DNA of 64,000 nt from Octopus bimaculoides (lineage: Eukaryota), in contig NC_068992.1 in NCBI RefSeq assembly GCF_001194135.2, positions 67,513,595 through 67,577,594 of the forward strand, read 5' to 3'. Position numbers and translations under genes: made by a program. Below the pieces are notes generated by a model, which was not told where the DNA came from, did not search any database, and was given only the letters and a program-made list of their open reading frames with translations. This document shows, one piece after another, positions 1 through 12,190 of this stretch; position 1 is the stretch's first letter, and every line of letters begins with the position of its first letter.

Positions 1-40
<40 letters not shown>
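1..40. repeat. (AT)n microsatellite
   Basis: Pure AT dinucleotide run at the window start. Confidence 0.98.
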
Positions 41-48
<8 letters not shown>

Positions 49-894
49 TATGTGTATGTATTTACGGAAATGAACATATATGTAGGTACATGTACACATA
101 TGTATATATTTTATCTATCTAACGATCTGTCTATCGATTTCTCTATTTCTTCACCTACCTTCCTATCTGTACATCTCTGTGTATGTCTGTACACATGTAT
201 GTATATGTAAATGTGCATGTATATATGCACATATCTTTTTGGGTAGTAATTGCTTAATAAATATATATATTTTAAATGTGTGTGTTGTGAAACGAGTCGC
301 TATGCTATATGTTTTTTAACCACATGCAAAATGCATATTAGAAAACATATTTATATCGATGCATATTTTTCACGAGGTGGAAATCAATTATGATCTTGTC
401 CTGATTAAAACGAGTGATGTTCTTAAAACTAATGTTGGTCCTAATAATGTTCTACATAAGAACACATAAGAAGCTAACTTCTTTCACGACAAAGGTCTGG
501 GAACGACCCAAAATCGTCCGTGGAAGTCAAATCAATTTTTTATCTGTATCTATTGCAATAATTTCATACATTTATTGAATATTCGAGTGTCGGCGCGCCA
601 GTGTTGGTTAATTTAGTATTTTATAAAATAACATTTAGAGTACTATGATGGTGATGACGATTATGATGACATTCGAGGGGTTCGTCGATTATATCCACCC
701 CGATGTTCAACTGGTATATTGAGTTAGAACGATGAAACTAAAATTTGAAACTGGTGGGATCCGAAATAAAAATACAAATAACCAGAACGATTACCGCACT
801 GAAAGCGAGCCTTTAATGATTCTGTCAGTTGGTTGCTATAATAATTATAGTAATAATAAATCATTTCAACTATAGGCACAATGCCTGACATTCT

Positions 895-946
895 GGAGTA
901 GTGGGCTGGTCGATTACATCGACCCCCAGTCTTTGACTGGTACTTA
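895..946 (-). mobile_element. Fragment of tRNA-derived SINE family 1 (central hairpin domain)
   Basis: GGTCGATTACATCGACCCCCAGTCTTTGACTGGTACTTA is the reverse complement of the AAGTACCAG...GGGGTCGATGTAATCGAC segment also seen in the longer copies at 21266-21480 and 41438-41655. Confidence 0.7.
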
Positions 947-949
947 ATA

Positions 950-1227
950 TACGGTTCTATATTTAAGAGATGAGGAATTATGTACATTATTTACATTATT
1001 TATATTTGACGGATATTTTTTCCTCATCGTATGTGTTGTAAACACAACGTTTCAGCTGATATACCCTCCTGCCTTCATCAGGTGTCTTGGGGGAAATTTC
1101 GAACCTGAGTTCTCATTCCTAAGATATTTTTCGATGTTGTTGTTGTTGTTATTATTATTATTATTATTATTCAGGTCACTGCTTGGAATTGAACTCGGAA
1201 TCTTGGGGATAGTAGCCCACGCTCTTA
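950..1227 (-). mobile_element. Hammerhead-bearing tRNA-headed short element, copy A
   Basis: Minus strand reads partial tRNA-like head (box B GTTCAATTC), (AAT)n/(AAC)n, then the body AACATCGAAAAATATCTTAGGAATGAGAAC...hammerhead...TTCCTCATCTCTTAAATATAGAAC. It aligns by eye with 62473-62690 and 62691-62897. Confidence 0.85.
1041..1086 (-). ncRNA. Minimal type I hammerhead ribozyme motif (copy A)
   Basis: Minus strand: GACAC-CTGATGA-A-GGCAG-GAGGGTATAT-CAGCT-GAAAC-GT-T-GTGTT. Core intact; stem I GACAC/GTGTT; stem II has one mismatch; stem III is the palindrome ACGT; cleavage triplet GUU. Confidence 0.75.
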
Positions 1228-1276
1228 GCCCCAAGATTCCGAGTTCGATTCCAGGCAGTGACCTGAATAATAATAA
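1161..1276. repeat. Inverted repeat (48-bp arms, 20-nt loop) made of two opposed tRNA-like head halves
   Basis: 1161-1208 and 1229-1276 are reverse complements with 2 mismatches. Confidence 0.92.
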
Positions 1277-1278
1277 AA

Positions 1279-1466
1279 CTGGTTTCAAATTTTAGCAGAA
1301 GCCAGAAATTTTGTGGTAGGGGATGAGTAGAATACGCCGATCCCAGTACTCGGTACTTATTTTATCGATCTAGAGAGGATGAAAGACAAAGTCAACCTCG
1401 GTGGATTTTGAAATCAGAACGTAAAGACTGGCAAAATGCCGCTAAGCACTTAGTTAAGCGTGCTTA
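1279..1466 (-). mobile_element. tRNA-derived SINE family 1, 5'-eroded
   Basis: Contains GGTACTTATTTTATCGA...GGATGAAAGACAAAGTCAACCTCGG...AGAACGTAAAGAC...CCGCTAAGCA, matching the other family-1 copies in the window. Confidence 0.8.
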
Positions 1467-1879
1467 ATAATAACAATCCTTACAATAGCGATGATAACTA
1501 CAGAGGAAAGAGGATTTTTCACCTAGGCTGCTAACCCTCTCGATATGGTACCTCGATGAAACACTGTTGTTTGTGACACCTCAAATAGAACTCCTCATGA
1601 GCTCCAAAATCCGAGTGAAGGTTTCTCACAAGGCAAATGATCCACTGCGCTGCAGGCTGAACCTGTTCGTTGTCCAGACAATGCTGCAAAGATTAGGAAA
1701 AAGTGGACTTAAAACATCATTGAACCATCCTATATTCCGCAAGCATCCCAAGAATGATTCTTGTGCTTTGACGAGACTTGTTACCAAATATCAAAAGACA
1801 ATACGTCTTAACTAAATAAGCATGCACTGCTATAATAATTGTAAAGGTCATAGAATAAGGATAAAAATAATATAATTTT

Positions 1880-1934
1880 AAATGCCGTTAAGTATTTCGC
1901 CCGGCGTCCTAACCATTCCTTCAGTTTGCCGCCA
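1880..1934 (-). mobile_element. SINE family 1 head fragment adjoining (AAT)n
   Basis: AAATGCCGTTAAGTATTTCGCCCGGCGTCCTAACCATTC...GCCGCC is the reverse complement of the family-1 head. Confidence 0.65.
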
Positions 1935-2029
1935 TAATAATAATAATAATAATAATAATATTAATAATAGGATTTCTTTATTAGACAAGCGTTTGCATTA
2001 AAACATAATGGACAGCACAAAATAAAACA

Positions 2030-2125
2030 CAGTATGTGTGTGTGCGTGTATGTATGTGTGTGCGTGTATGTGTGTGCGTGTAAGTGTGTGTGTGTGCGTG
2101 TATGTGTGTGAGCGTGTGTTGTTGT
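2030..2125. repeat. Compound (TG/CG/TA) microsatellite
   Basis: Directly visible; sits at the 3' end of the LINE. Confidence 0.9.
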
Positions 2126-2159
2126 GAGTTGCTTGACCTTATCGAGTTGAAAATGGCTA

Positions 2160-4249
2160 CTTATCTGTGCCTCTCCAATCATTCCACACTCGACAGCAGC
2201 TGATGGACATGACTTCAGAAGTCGGCAATGCCGAGACGCTGAATGAGAACCTGCAGAGCGGTTTCTTCGCTCTGCACACATCTCATACAAGCCCGTCTGA
2301 TAGCATATCCGTGCCTACAGCATTTATTTCGAAACAGAAGTGCCCACCACGCTTCCAGTCGCACTGCCAAGTCAAGGACTTCTAAAAATTGTCCATAGTT
2401 GACCCCGAACGTAAAATCCTCCGGAACAGACTAACCGGTTTATTTTTATCGGTGCCCACTCCTTTCCCGAGAACATCGTCACAGTTCTTCGCCGCTAATC
2501 TGCCCTATATTGCTACAAGTCGAACGATAGGAACCATCGATTCTATTTTCCGATTGGTAGAAGGTTGTGAGCACCTGACGACACTAGGGGCCAAACGCTC
2601 TTTCCTTCATATAGGACTGCAGCTTCCTCATGACTAGATACCACACGCATTCAACGTCTAGAAGCCGCTGCACATGGCGCAACTCAGTGCTTTTGGGCAT
2701 CAGAAGCGACTGCATGTTTAAGTGGCAACGCTGAAAGTCCTGTTTGGGATCGCTTCCTTGACCCGATTACAGCCGAGAAGGACCATCTTTGTCCTAATAC
2801 GTTGGCCAAAATTTTAAATACTGTTTGGTACAATTATGGGTCGAAAATTGTCTGGCACATTCCCTTTTCAGCTTCCTTCCTCAGCAACGTTACCTCACCC
2901 TGTTTCACAATACAACAAATCTTACCGTTCTTCTGACAGTCACGATAGTCACATACCGAAAGGTTGCTAAGCAAATCTACCAAGAAACATATAATCTAGA
3001 GCTAAGCATCCAAACCGAGTGATTTCCGACTTCCATAACAGCTCATCGCCTCTCTTATCTCGCTCGTTTGCAGAACCTTGCATCCAAATCCTTAGAGTCA
3101 CAGCAGACTCTCCAGGTAAGAACTAATCTACACCACTGTCGTGAGAAGTGCTAGTAGAAGACCGAACACATCTGCTCGGGTGTCAGTAGCATGGGCTTGT
3201 CCCTGGCCGTCATATACCTCATCATGATCTTGTTGCCACGTCATGTCTCGACCGTTCGGGTCCTTCGTGTTTCAGCGCACAGCTCTTAGCTCTGAAAATG
3301 CAGCCTTTCTGTTTTGCTTCGAAGAAATGGTCAAGGGCTATTTTCGTTGCTATCACGTTGGACGTGATGCTTTTACTAATATCCTCTTTTCGGTTGCTAA
3401 CTAATTCTCTCTAATGCATTCCTGTTGTTAGCTCATTGCTAAACGCTATTGATTTTATACTAATCGCCATCATCAGAGTGACCCACAATCAATTGTTGAC
3501 AGATTTCTATGTCAACTGTCGCTTATCTACTTCACTAATCAGAGCGCATTGGTTTTCAGCTGCTAGTAATGATGCGCTCAACACCTAGTAACCGGGTCCA
3601 TATCAATGAACCCTATGTAAATTGACGGAGCAGATCACAAATTTGTGGGTTTTGTAGCTAACAAGTTTAAACAGTAGACAAAATAAGCTATTTCTATCCA
3701 CAGACCTAACAAATACTCTGTCTGGATACGATCCGCATGAATCTCTGTGGTTTCTCCATGTCTACATTAGCACATCAGAGAAATCTGGTCGGTACCTCTC
3801 AAACAACCAATAGTTTGTGGGGAAGTTTCCGAGGATTTTGTACGCCGTTCTGCTATATACCAACCCCACACAGTCGTTCTGTACGTCCTAAATACTATAG
3901 TAATAAGTGCAAAACGTTACTGCGAATGTTTCTAAACATCTAAAGATGTTACGAGCCTAAAAGCTGACACCAATCTACTTTCCGCATCCAAGAGGATTAC
4001 CCAAACTTTGAAATCTGAGGATTTCTGGATAAGCACTGCAATCCCAACTCCTCAATCCGACTGATCAAGAAATAAGTATATCTTATAATCGTGTAACATG
4101 TGCGGTAGCGCATGCGGACAAAGAGTTTTCCTTTCCCTGATGGCTACCGCTTCCATTCCAAGCGATCTGGGAGCCTTGATCAAGTTACATTCCTTCAAGG
4201 ATGACCGCAAGTCACTCACCTTCACGCACCTCACTCTCAGCAGAGCCAT
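2160..4249 (-). pseudogene. Degenerate ORF2 (APE endonuclease, partial RT, C-terminal zinc motif) of an L1/Tx1-type LINE
   Basis: Minus-strand translation across stops and frameshifts: MALLRVRCVKVSDLRSSLK... and GIAVLIQKSSDFKV (APE endonuclease N-terminus); ALDHFFEAKQKGCIFRAK; EIREAMS..RKSLGLD and DNFRPI (RT N-terminus); MDNF*KSLTWQC; CMRCVQSEETALQVLIQ (C-terminal CCHC-type motif). No YADD core found. Confidence 0.85.
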
Positions 4250-5300
4250 GTTAGCTGAGAAACGAAAAGTGGAGATGACTCACTCTGATTTTCGAGAAGT
4301 TCGAATATTCGGGACATCTCTGTTTGTTGCCGGTTTTATTGTGTGCTCAGAGTATGTCTCAGTACCCTCCTGCTTTTTCATTTTCTCACTTTTGTTACCG
4401 TGGGAGCAGGGAGCAAAGTTTATCGTTGTTTTGATGTAGGTGTCCTTAACTGCTCTACATGATGTTGGTGTAGATGTGGCCGTTGTGTTGGTAATAGCGA
4501 TGGCTTAATTCTTCTGTAAATGAAGGCCGAAATCTTTTTGATGGCAAGAACTCCCACAGGCGTAACATATCTTTTTACTCCCCTCCACTAATTTTCTGGG
4601 CTCCAAGCCATCATGTAAAAGATGTGAAAGAACTTGATGCTCCTATTGGGAACATCATTTCTACTTCCGTCTTGACCAGTTTTCCTTCGGAATTGACTTC
4701 ATGGTAAGGATATCCCCATATTTATCGTGTATCATTCTTAAATACTAAACGTTTGGTTATGGAGGTACGTTCGTAAATGTAACTTTCTTCGTCTCCATCC
4801 TATTGACTCCCCAGATAGGATGGAGACATCTGTGTATACGTATCTTTTTCGTTATAGTATGTTGTTACTATCACATACTGGTATTCCTTCCCTCTCATCG
4901 CCAAATTGAACTACAGCCAACATTCAGGTATTTTCCATCCTATTCTGAGTGCGTGGGTAGGATAGATATTCAATTCTCTCTGCCCTTCTTGCTAAGAACA
5001 ATATAGATGAAAGTTTGTTTCTTCAACTGATCCTTTTCATATGGAAGTAGAACATAGAGGTTAGGCTTCACCAAGCATTTTCTGATATCTTTCACAAAAT
5101 CACATTCGAAAGAATGTGATGCTGACAATGGTCTCAATGTTTTCTTTGTCACAATTTTTCATTTTCTGTTCGTCTTCAAAATTGTTGTTCTTGTTACTGT
5201 GACTTAAATTACTATTGTTTTTCTTGTTGATGATGATTGAGGTGATGGTGGCTTTGATGCTTTCGTGTAAATTTTCTTTTTTCCATATATCTTTTAATTT
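4250..5300 (-). mobile_element. Degenerate ORF1 and 5' region of the same LINE
   Basis: Directly upstream of the ORF2 ATG. Relics include YVLLPYEKDQLKK, RIGWKIPECWL and an eroded zinc knuckle (SCHQKDFG). Confidence 0.55.
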
Positions 5301-5654
5301 TCTACTGTATTACTTTACTCTCTGGTCAATGTTCGCTCCTCCCATCTCATAAACAAGCTTCATTGTGTGGTCTCATGCTCTCTTCATGATGGAAGAATGC
5401 AAATATTTACTTTACAGGAGCAAAATTTAACTGGTGTCTCCCACAATCGGGGAGAACGTACTAAGATAAACTCACCTGTCAGCGACAAAGGATTTCACTT
5501 CCACGATGGTACATACTTCAAAACTGAACGTTGCAGTTTTCTCTGATTTATATGCGATTCAGTTGAGATGTTAACTGTAGCTTGCTCTGCTGATAACTAT
5601 AATAATAATAATATTAATAAATAATAATAATAACAAAAATATTAATAACCTAAA

Positions 5655-5920
5655 ATGGCAGAAACTCAATAGACTGTGCCCATGGGAACTGCCCATATCT
5701 TACGTAAAATGCTATGTAATCTCAAATTTTAAAACAAACTCATAATTTTCTTATGGTTTCTTAAACATTCTCTAGCACAATACTATGTGCAAAACCAAAT
5801 ATATGACACCCTAGGTATAACACCAACTTGAACTTCTAACTTGTGTCTTGAGGTATCAGGTTGAGACTTAGAGCCAACCTGTACAAATGCAAAGCAAAAA
5901 TCAAACATAAAATAATAATA
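5655..5920 (+). mobile_element. 3' end of an R4/Dong-type (RLE) non-LTR retrotransposon
   Basis: MAETQ*TVPMGTAHILRKM resembles the clade C-terminus (QK..LLGTA.ILR). It is followed by a 3'UTR and flanked by (AAT)n on both sides. Confidence 0.7.
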
Positions 5921-6260
5921 TTTGAAGTGGGAAATACGAAGGTTGTGGTCAATGACGATTTGAAGTGGGAAATATGAAGGTTGTGGTCAATGAAGAGACT
6001 AGACGTGATGCTAATAGTAATTGCTGCACTTGAAAGAATCAGTACTCAAATACCAACATGGCTGAAAAAGGTCGATGCAAGTGCTAAGGTAGAACACCTA
6101 CAAAAATCAGCATTGCCTGGAACTTCAAAAGTACTTGGCAGGGTTCTTGAAGCATGACCAGTAAACAAGTGTCACCGGAGTCTGCTGGCTGTGGACAGCT
6201 GATACTTTCCTTCATACCCAGCAAAATAAGCTGTGAGCTTTCATACAAAAAACAATAATG
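5921..6260 (+). mobile_element. 3' end of a second R4/Dong-type subfamily with a 5' tandem duplication
   Basis: LKWEIRRLWSMKRLDVMLIVIAALERISTQIPTWLKKVDASAKVEHLQKSALPGTSKVLGRVLEA*; the 3'UTR is shared with 7353-7568. Confidence 0.8.
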
Positions 6261-6774
6261 CATTGCCTTGCAACACAATCCTCCCACATACCTAATATTC
6301 GTTCCAAATACTGTGAAGAAATATTTAATGTTTGCCATACTAGCAAGACTGAAGTATTTACAAATGTGTTGCTTCTTTTTATGTTTGCCAAAGTTTAAGA
6401 ACTTGTTTGTGTCTGATTATTTAACTTTTATTTTAATTCTATTGTTTCTATTTGTCTGTCTTTTAAAATATTTCCTTGGAGCCGTCTACAGCGCTATCAC
6501 TGTTCCGCCTAGTACAATTCATCGCTATTCCAGCAGAAGCTACGTTAAAATACGATAGAGCAATGCTTTGACTATTTTAAATATAATAAATCGAAAAATG
6601 AATCCTAGTGATGACCTGGAAGCAAATAAGGTGGACGCTGAATACTTTCAAAATGTTCTCCCCATAAAATTATGACAATGAGTAAAAAAAATATTTTCGT
6701 GAATTACAATGCAATAAATGAAAGACGACAATGGAACGGCCTGTAAGTCGTCTGTTTATTTCTAAATAGCTATA

Positions 6775-6865
6775 TGATAATGATGGCTTTGATGTTGATG
6801 ATAATGACGATGACGATGATGATGATGATGATGATGATGATGAAGATTATGATGATGATGATGGT
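6775..6865. repeat. (GAT)n trinucleotide tract
   Basis: Directly visible; explains the poly-Met ORF 6774-7028. Confidence 0.95.
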
Positions 6866-6929
6866 GGCTTCGAATATTTGTACCCCGATGTCACTTCGAT
6901 GTTTAGCTCTCTCAATAATAACAATAATA

Positions 6930-7107
6930 ATAATTTTACCACATGAACATCAGTTTTTGAGGAGGGGAGGAGTCGATTACATCGACCGCGAAACTATAAT
7001 AGGTAAAGTCGACCTCGCTGGAATTTGAACTGAAAACGTAGCAACGAGCAAAATACCATTAAGCATTTCATCCAGCGCGTTACCGATTCTGCAAGCTCGT
7101 TGCCTTA
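6930..7107 (-). mobile_element. SINE family 1 with internal deletion
   Basis: GTCGATTACATCGACC...AAAGTCGACCTCGCTGGAATTTGAAC...GATTCTGCAAGCTCGTTGCCTT then (AAT)n; box B GTTCAAATTC on the minus strand. Confidence 0.8.
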
Positions 7108-7136
7108 ATAATAATAATAATAATAATAATAGTACC

Positions 7137-7176
<40 letters not shown>

Positions 7177-7352
7177 TTTGTAATGATAATTGGAAATCCT
7201 ATGCACGATTGATATCTTGCATAAAACAGCCTCATTGGGCACAGCGCACATCTTAAGGAAAGTATTATCTGTCTGAGGTCTTTGTTGTGACTTGACAGAT
7301 GACTAAAGACTAGTGCATTTCTACCTAAGCTGTGTTACGAAGGAATAATAAT

Positions 7353-7568
7353 GACAACAACATGGCTCAAAAAGATTGATATAAGTGTGAAGGTAGAACA
7401 CCTATAAAAATCAGCATTGCTTGGAACTGCAAGAATTCTTCGCGGGGTTCTTGGAGCATGACCAGTAAACAATTGTCACCTTAGTTTGCTGGCTGTGGAC
7501 AAGCTGACACTTTCCATCATACGCTTCGAAATATGCAGTGAGGTTTTATATCATAATAATAATAATAA
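7353..7568 (+). mobile_element. 5'-truncated R4/Dong-type 3' end (same subfamily as 5921-6260)
   Basis: TWLKKIDISVKVEH / KSALLGTARILRGVLGA*, then the shared UTR CCAGTAAACAA...GCTGGCTGTGGAC and an (AAT)n end. Confidence 0.8.
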
Positions 7569-7810
7569 CCGCCTGTCCAAGCCAGATGTTGATCAAAATC
7601 TAACAAACCAATGGCTACAAGGGTCTGGTCTGAAAGAGGAAACAGAAGGTTTTGTTGTTGCAGCGCCAGATCAGAGCTTATCTGCCAGAAACAACTATCA
7701 AACATCCTTAAAGATGGATCTGACCCCTCGTGCAGAATTTGCGGAAAAGTCACAGACGATTGATGATGTTTCTAGCTGCGCAGTCCTCGTTGCCATACTC
7801 TTATCTAAAG
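7569..7810 (+). mobile_element. R4/Dong-type ORF fragment (zinc-finger region before the RLE)
   Basis: WLQGSGLKEETEGFVVAAPDQSLS, then after a frameshift DGSDPSCRICGK. Confidence 0.8.
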
Positions 7811-8504
7811 TTGACAGAGGTTAAGCTAAAGGATTTGGACAGGAAGGCAAGAAAACCCTTAACCATGGCTGGAGCCCGTTGTTCAGGTGCAGATATTGAT
7901 TGTCTATAAAGGAAGAGAGCTTGCAAGGATGAAAGGCAAATATCAATCCCGACAAAATTGGAAATGTCATTAAACATTTCTTTTCCGGCGCAATGCCAAG
8001 TGCCGCGCTCTCAAAGTTATGTGGCATAAAATAGACAAGATTTGGAAAAACGACGATCGGAGGCAACTACTTAATGAAACGTAACAGGATCACTTAGAAA
8101 TAATTAACAATATACAGGATATTTAATTGAAAATACATAAGGAAAATACTTATGAAATACACACGCACCGAAATACATACTTGTCGTTAGGAATTCCCAG
8201 TTCCTCTCGATTCAACCACAACTTGTTGGGTGCCCATGAATTGATATGATGCGCACCCGACGATTTGTGTTTTCCTCTAAACATTCTCATGAATTCATTT
8301 ACATTTAAACTTCCGAAGTTTACGCTGAAACAATATTTACAAGCAAATATTGAATAATAATTTATGCACACAATTTTTATTTCAGTTTTTATACTTTCCT
8401 TTCTACTCTAAATATTACTGTTTTGTTTTATCACACATAACACTAAATATGCTTTGAAATATTTATACCACATACATCTATATCAGATGCATACATTTAA
8501 ACCA

Positions 8505-8544
8505 AACGCGCGCGCGAGCGCACACACGCACACGCACACGCACA

Positions 8545-8615
<71 letters not shown>
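8505..8615. repeat. (CG)n(CA)n microsatellite
   Basis: Directly visible. Confidence 0.95.
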
Positions 8616-8618
<3 letters not shown>

Positions 8619-9409
8619 GTCAGCATCCTTCCTTTTAAGTTTTTATCACAAGTATGCAAGAACATTTTTAAGAGGAGCACTCAGGAAGCTGGATGTATTA
8701 TATCTCATAACTTGTTGTGTCCTAGCTTATCACACTCGGCAAGCTTTTGTCTGAATTGATCAAAGAATGAAGTATGACCACGACGACGACGACAACAATC
8801 TCAAATGTTTGCTCGTAGATGTTTCAGTTGAAATAGGCATTATACAGGCTGGCCATACATAATCTTGAATTTTACAAAATGTACGAAGTGATGGAAGGAA
8901 TGGTCGAATGAAATAAAAATGTCTATGGTACGCAAATAAATGGTGAGTCTATGGAGAATAGAATGGTTTTGATAGAGAATAGAATTTTAGTTCCAAACAG
9001 TGATCCTCAGAGGTTCAAGATCACCGTGAATATCAAGTGTAAGTGCTTTCTTCTAAAAGTTGTTCCCCGACCTCAAGGGCATACTTCGAGTAGGTTCCTT
9101 ATTCTAGCAATGTTCGTTACAGCCATCCAACTTCCAACTGGTTCACTGGTCAAGTATACACACTTTCACCCTAACATCCCTCTTAATATTTAATAATATT
9201 CGTTACCAAGAGGAGCAGCGGAAAGACGACACAAGTCCACCTTCTTGGATAATGTGCTGATGGTGCAACCACAGTAATTAGCCTATTTGCTATGTAGGAA
9301 ATATTGGATTCAGACGACTTGCCCAACAACGAGAACGCGAACCCTTAGCAAGAAGCGTATGAGAAAACACATGACTCATACAACTTAGTAGGCATAATGC
9401 GCAGAACTG

Positions 9410-9900
9410 GCTTCGTAGTAAAATGCTCCGGCAAAGACACTCAATATATTTTGTATATCGATAATCTCAAGTTGTATTCTGTTTATGATTAACTAGAACC
9501 ACTTTTGCAGACAGTAACAGAAACATTGATATGAGATTTACATTAGAAAATGCACCAAACCAACCTCGAAGAGACGAAAATTAATTACGAAAATTACAGA
9601 TAAGAAAATTAGAACAATCATAGACATAGGAATACTTAGGAATCGATGAAGTGGACAGTGAACAACAAATGAAAAAATATGAAAGAATAACTGTTACATT
9701 AGATTATTACTAAAAGCAGATACTAGACATCAATACTGTAGCTGTCCCTCTAATATGTTATAATATTTTGAACTGGACAATAAATAATCTAGCAATATTA
9801 CACAATAAAACTGGAAAATAATGGCTGCTTTAGACTACATCGCACAAAACAGATAGAAGGAAACTTGATTTACCATCAATAAAGATGTTTAGATGCCTGA
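9410..9900 (+). mobile_element. Highly decayed R4/Dong-type RT C-terminal fragment
   Basis: Relics LYIDNLKLY (YMDD-like), YLGIDE, INTVAVPL and NILNWT across frameshifts. Confidence 0.65.
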
Positions 9901-12093
9901 TGAAATAGGAAAACTCTTATAAACTATTTACTGCAGAACTACAAAGCAACATGGAAAATTAATAAAAAAGTATCTACGAAATACTAAACAAATGAAAATC
10001 TGTTCTCTATCTCCAAGGAAACCAAGAAATACAAAGCAGATGTTTTATTGATAACTGGTGGACACGTGGGTGATACAGTTTTTTGATACAGTTGAGCAGC
10101 AAAGTAGTGTCAATTAGAGCTGCCCATAGATTCAAGATGATTGCGGGGTGTCAAAAGTAAATTGTCAAGTGTATACTTTGAATACGTCTCCTACTGTGGC
10201 CATTTTCCTCACAATAGCCCAGTTTACAAACCTATTAGAGAGAAACCACTACGGAAATTGTGTGAAGTGTTGAGAAATCCTGTGCCAAAGATTTTACTGA
10301 AAGGTTCTTGACTGCAGCACACGATTAGTTTTACCACAGAAACCATATAAAGAAACCAACTATAGTAAAGGCAGACTATGTGCACATGAGCAGAAAGAAA
10401 TGATGCCATTTTCTCTAGCTGCCTTGATATAACTTAGAAAGCATGCAACCACCTATACCACAAAGTTGGGACTTATATACAAAAGCGGTTATGCTTGCGT
10501 TATGAAATATTAAGCAGAACATTATATGCTGTATAAGCATTATAAGCAAACGCGTGTAAAAATTTACATCACAAAGAAATTACCACATTCTATAATATTC
10601 CAATACATAGACATGGATATGAAGTATAAGCATTCACTTACTTTTATCAAGGACATAAGGGAACGATATGGCACCGTATGAGCGTTTAATTCCAAAACAA
10701 AAGAGAAACATATCTCTCCAAAACAAGGATAAATCATGTAATTATATAAAAACTGGATTTAGATGTAGAATATGAGGCTAATACGAGAAACAATTCTCTA
10801 ATGATGCATGCATTTGTTTATATCAGGCAGACGAGTAGAAAGATAGTGTCTGGAATTAAAATATGTAAGAATCGACAGAAAATTGCACAACAAGGCATCG
10901 CTCAGATATTACTGAAATACATTTTACAACAATAATGGACAACAAAATCAAAGTAAAAATCTTGAAGTTACACAGGTGACACAGAGCTGATTTCGGTAAC
11001 GAGTGTACAACGAAAACACGAAAGGAAGACTAATGAACAACAATAACGGCGTCGATGATGAAAAGGATGAAGACGATAATAGTAACGATAGCGGTGATGA
11101 TGATGATTATGTTAATAATAATATAATGATGATGATAATAATAATTAGTTCTAATAATACAGTTGCTTAACGTACAAGTGCGTAGATTAGATCAACTTCC
11201 ACGAGAAGTAAAGGAAAGCAAAATGAAATTTTGAAAACAAACAAAACTAATCGGACAAATGAAGTAATTTGAAATGATATTTATCATATTACATGTATTA
11301 TATGTGATTAAATGACATAAAATTTACTGTTTATACAATTTACACATACACACAGGAAAATAAAGAGACACCCAAACACTTGAAACAAATGAGTCAAAAC
11401 GAAACATACTTTCAACATCACAGACTCTCTAAAAGCAAAACAAAACCCAAAACAAAAAAAAAAAACACTATTTGAAAAGTAACTGAACTTTGTTCATGGA
11501 CGAACCGATCAGAAAGAAAATCGATAAACTGTGTTGTGTGTGTTTATTGCATCGCCTTACTTAAAACATTATGAATTCATTTTGTCAACAAGACTGGCCA
11601 TTTGCGGGTCATTTCTAGACAAGAGTGCTCAATATTAAAATCTAGACGGTGCTTCCACTTAGCCTTACTTATAGAAACACCAAAGCGTGCTACAAGACAT
11701 ACGACGAAATTTTCTGTGCGCATTTCCTTGTATATTATTGTTGCTTAACCAGGGTAGGGCAGGTTTTGTTGACCAGATCTATTTCACTGAACAACGGGCC
11801 AAACTAAATGTATTTTAGAAAGTACTGAGCCACAATAGTGAACGTTATTGGTTGTAATATACAATACAAAAATGAGGATCAAGCAGTGCTAATGGGGAAC
11901 AAGTTCCTGTAACACATTATAGAACGTATTGTGCCTGCAGCGGATTGATAGAGATACGAAACGTTTGCCGTAAGTTGTAGTTGAGAAGGAATTTCCACTC
12001 AAATGGTTAAAACCAAACAGATGTATCTGTCAATGCTCAAAAATCAAATTAAGGAACAATACTTAAGGAATAATATGGAAACGGTAGTGATGC

Positions 12094-12116
12094 ATATATA
12101 TATATATATATATATA

Positions 12117-12189
<73 letters not shown>

Positions 12190-12190
12190 T
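12094..12190. repeat. (AT)n(CT)n(AT)n compound microsatellite
   Basis: Directly visible. Confidence 0.95.
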
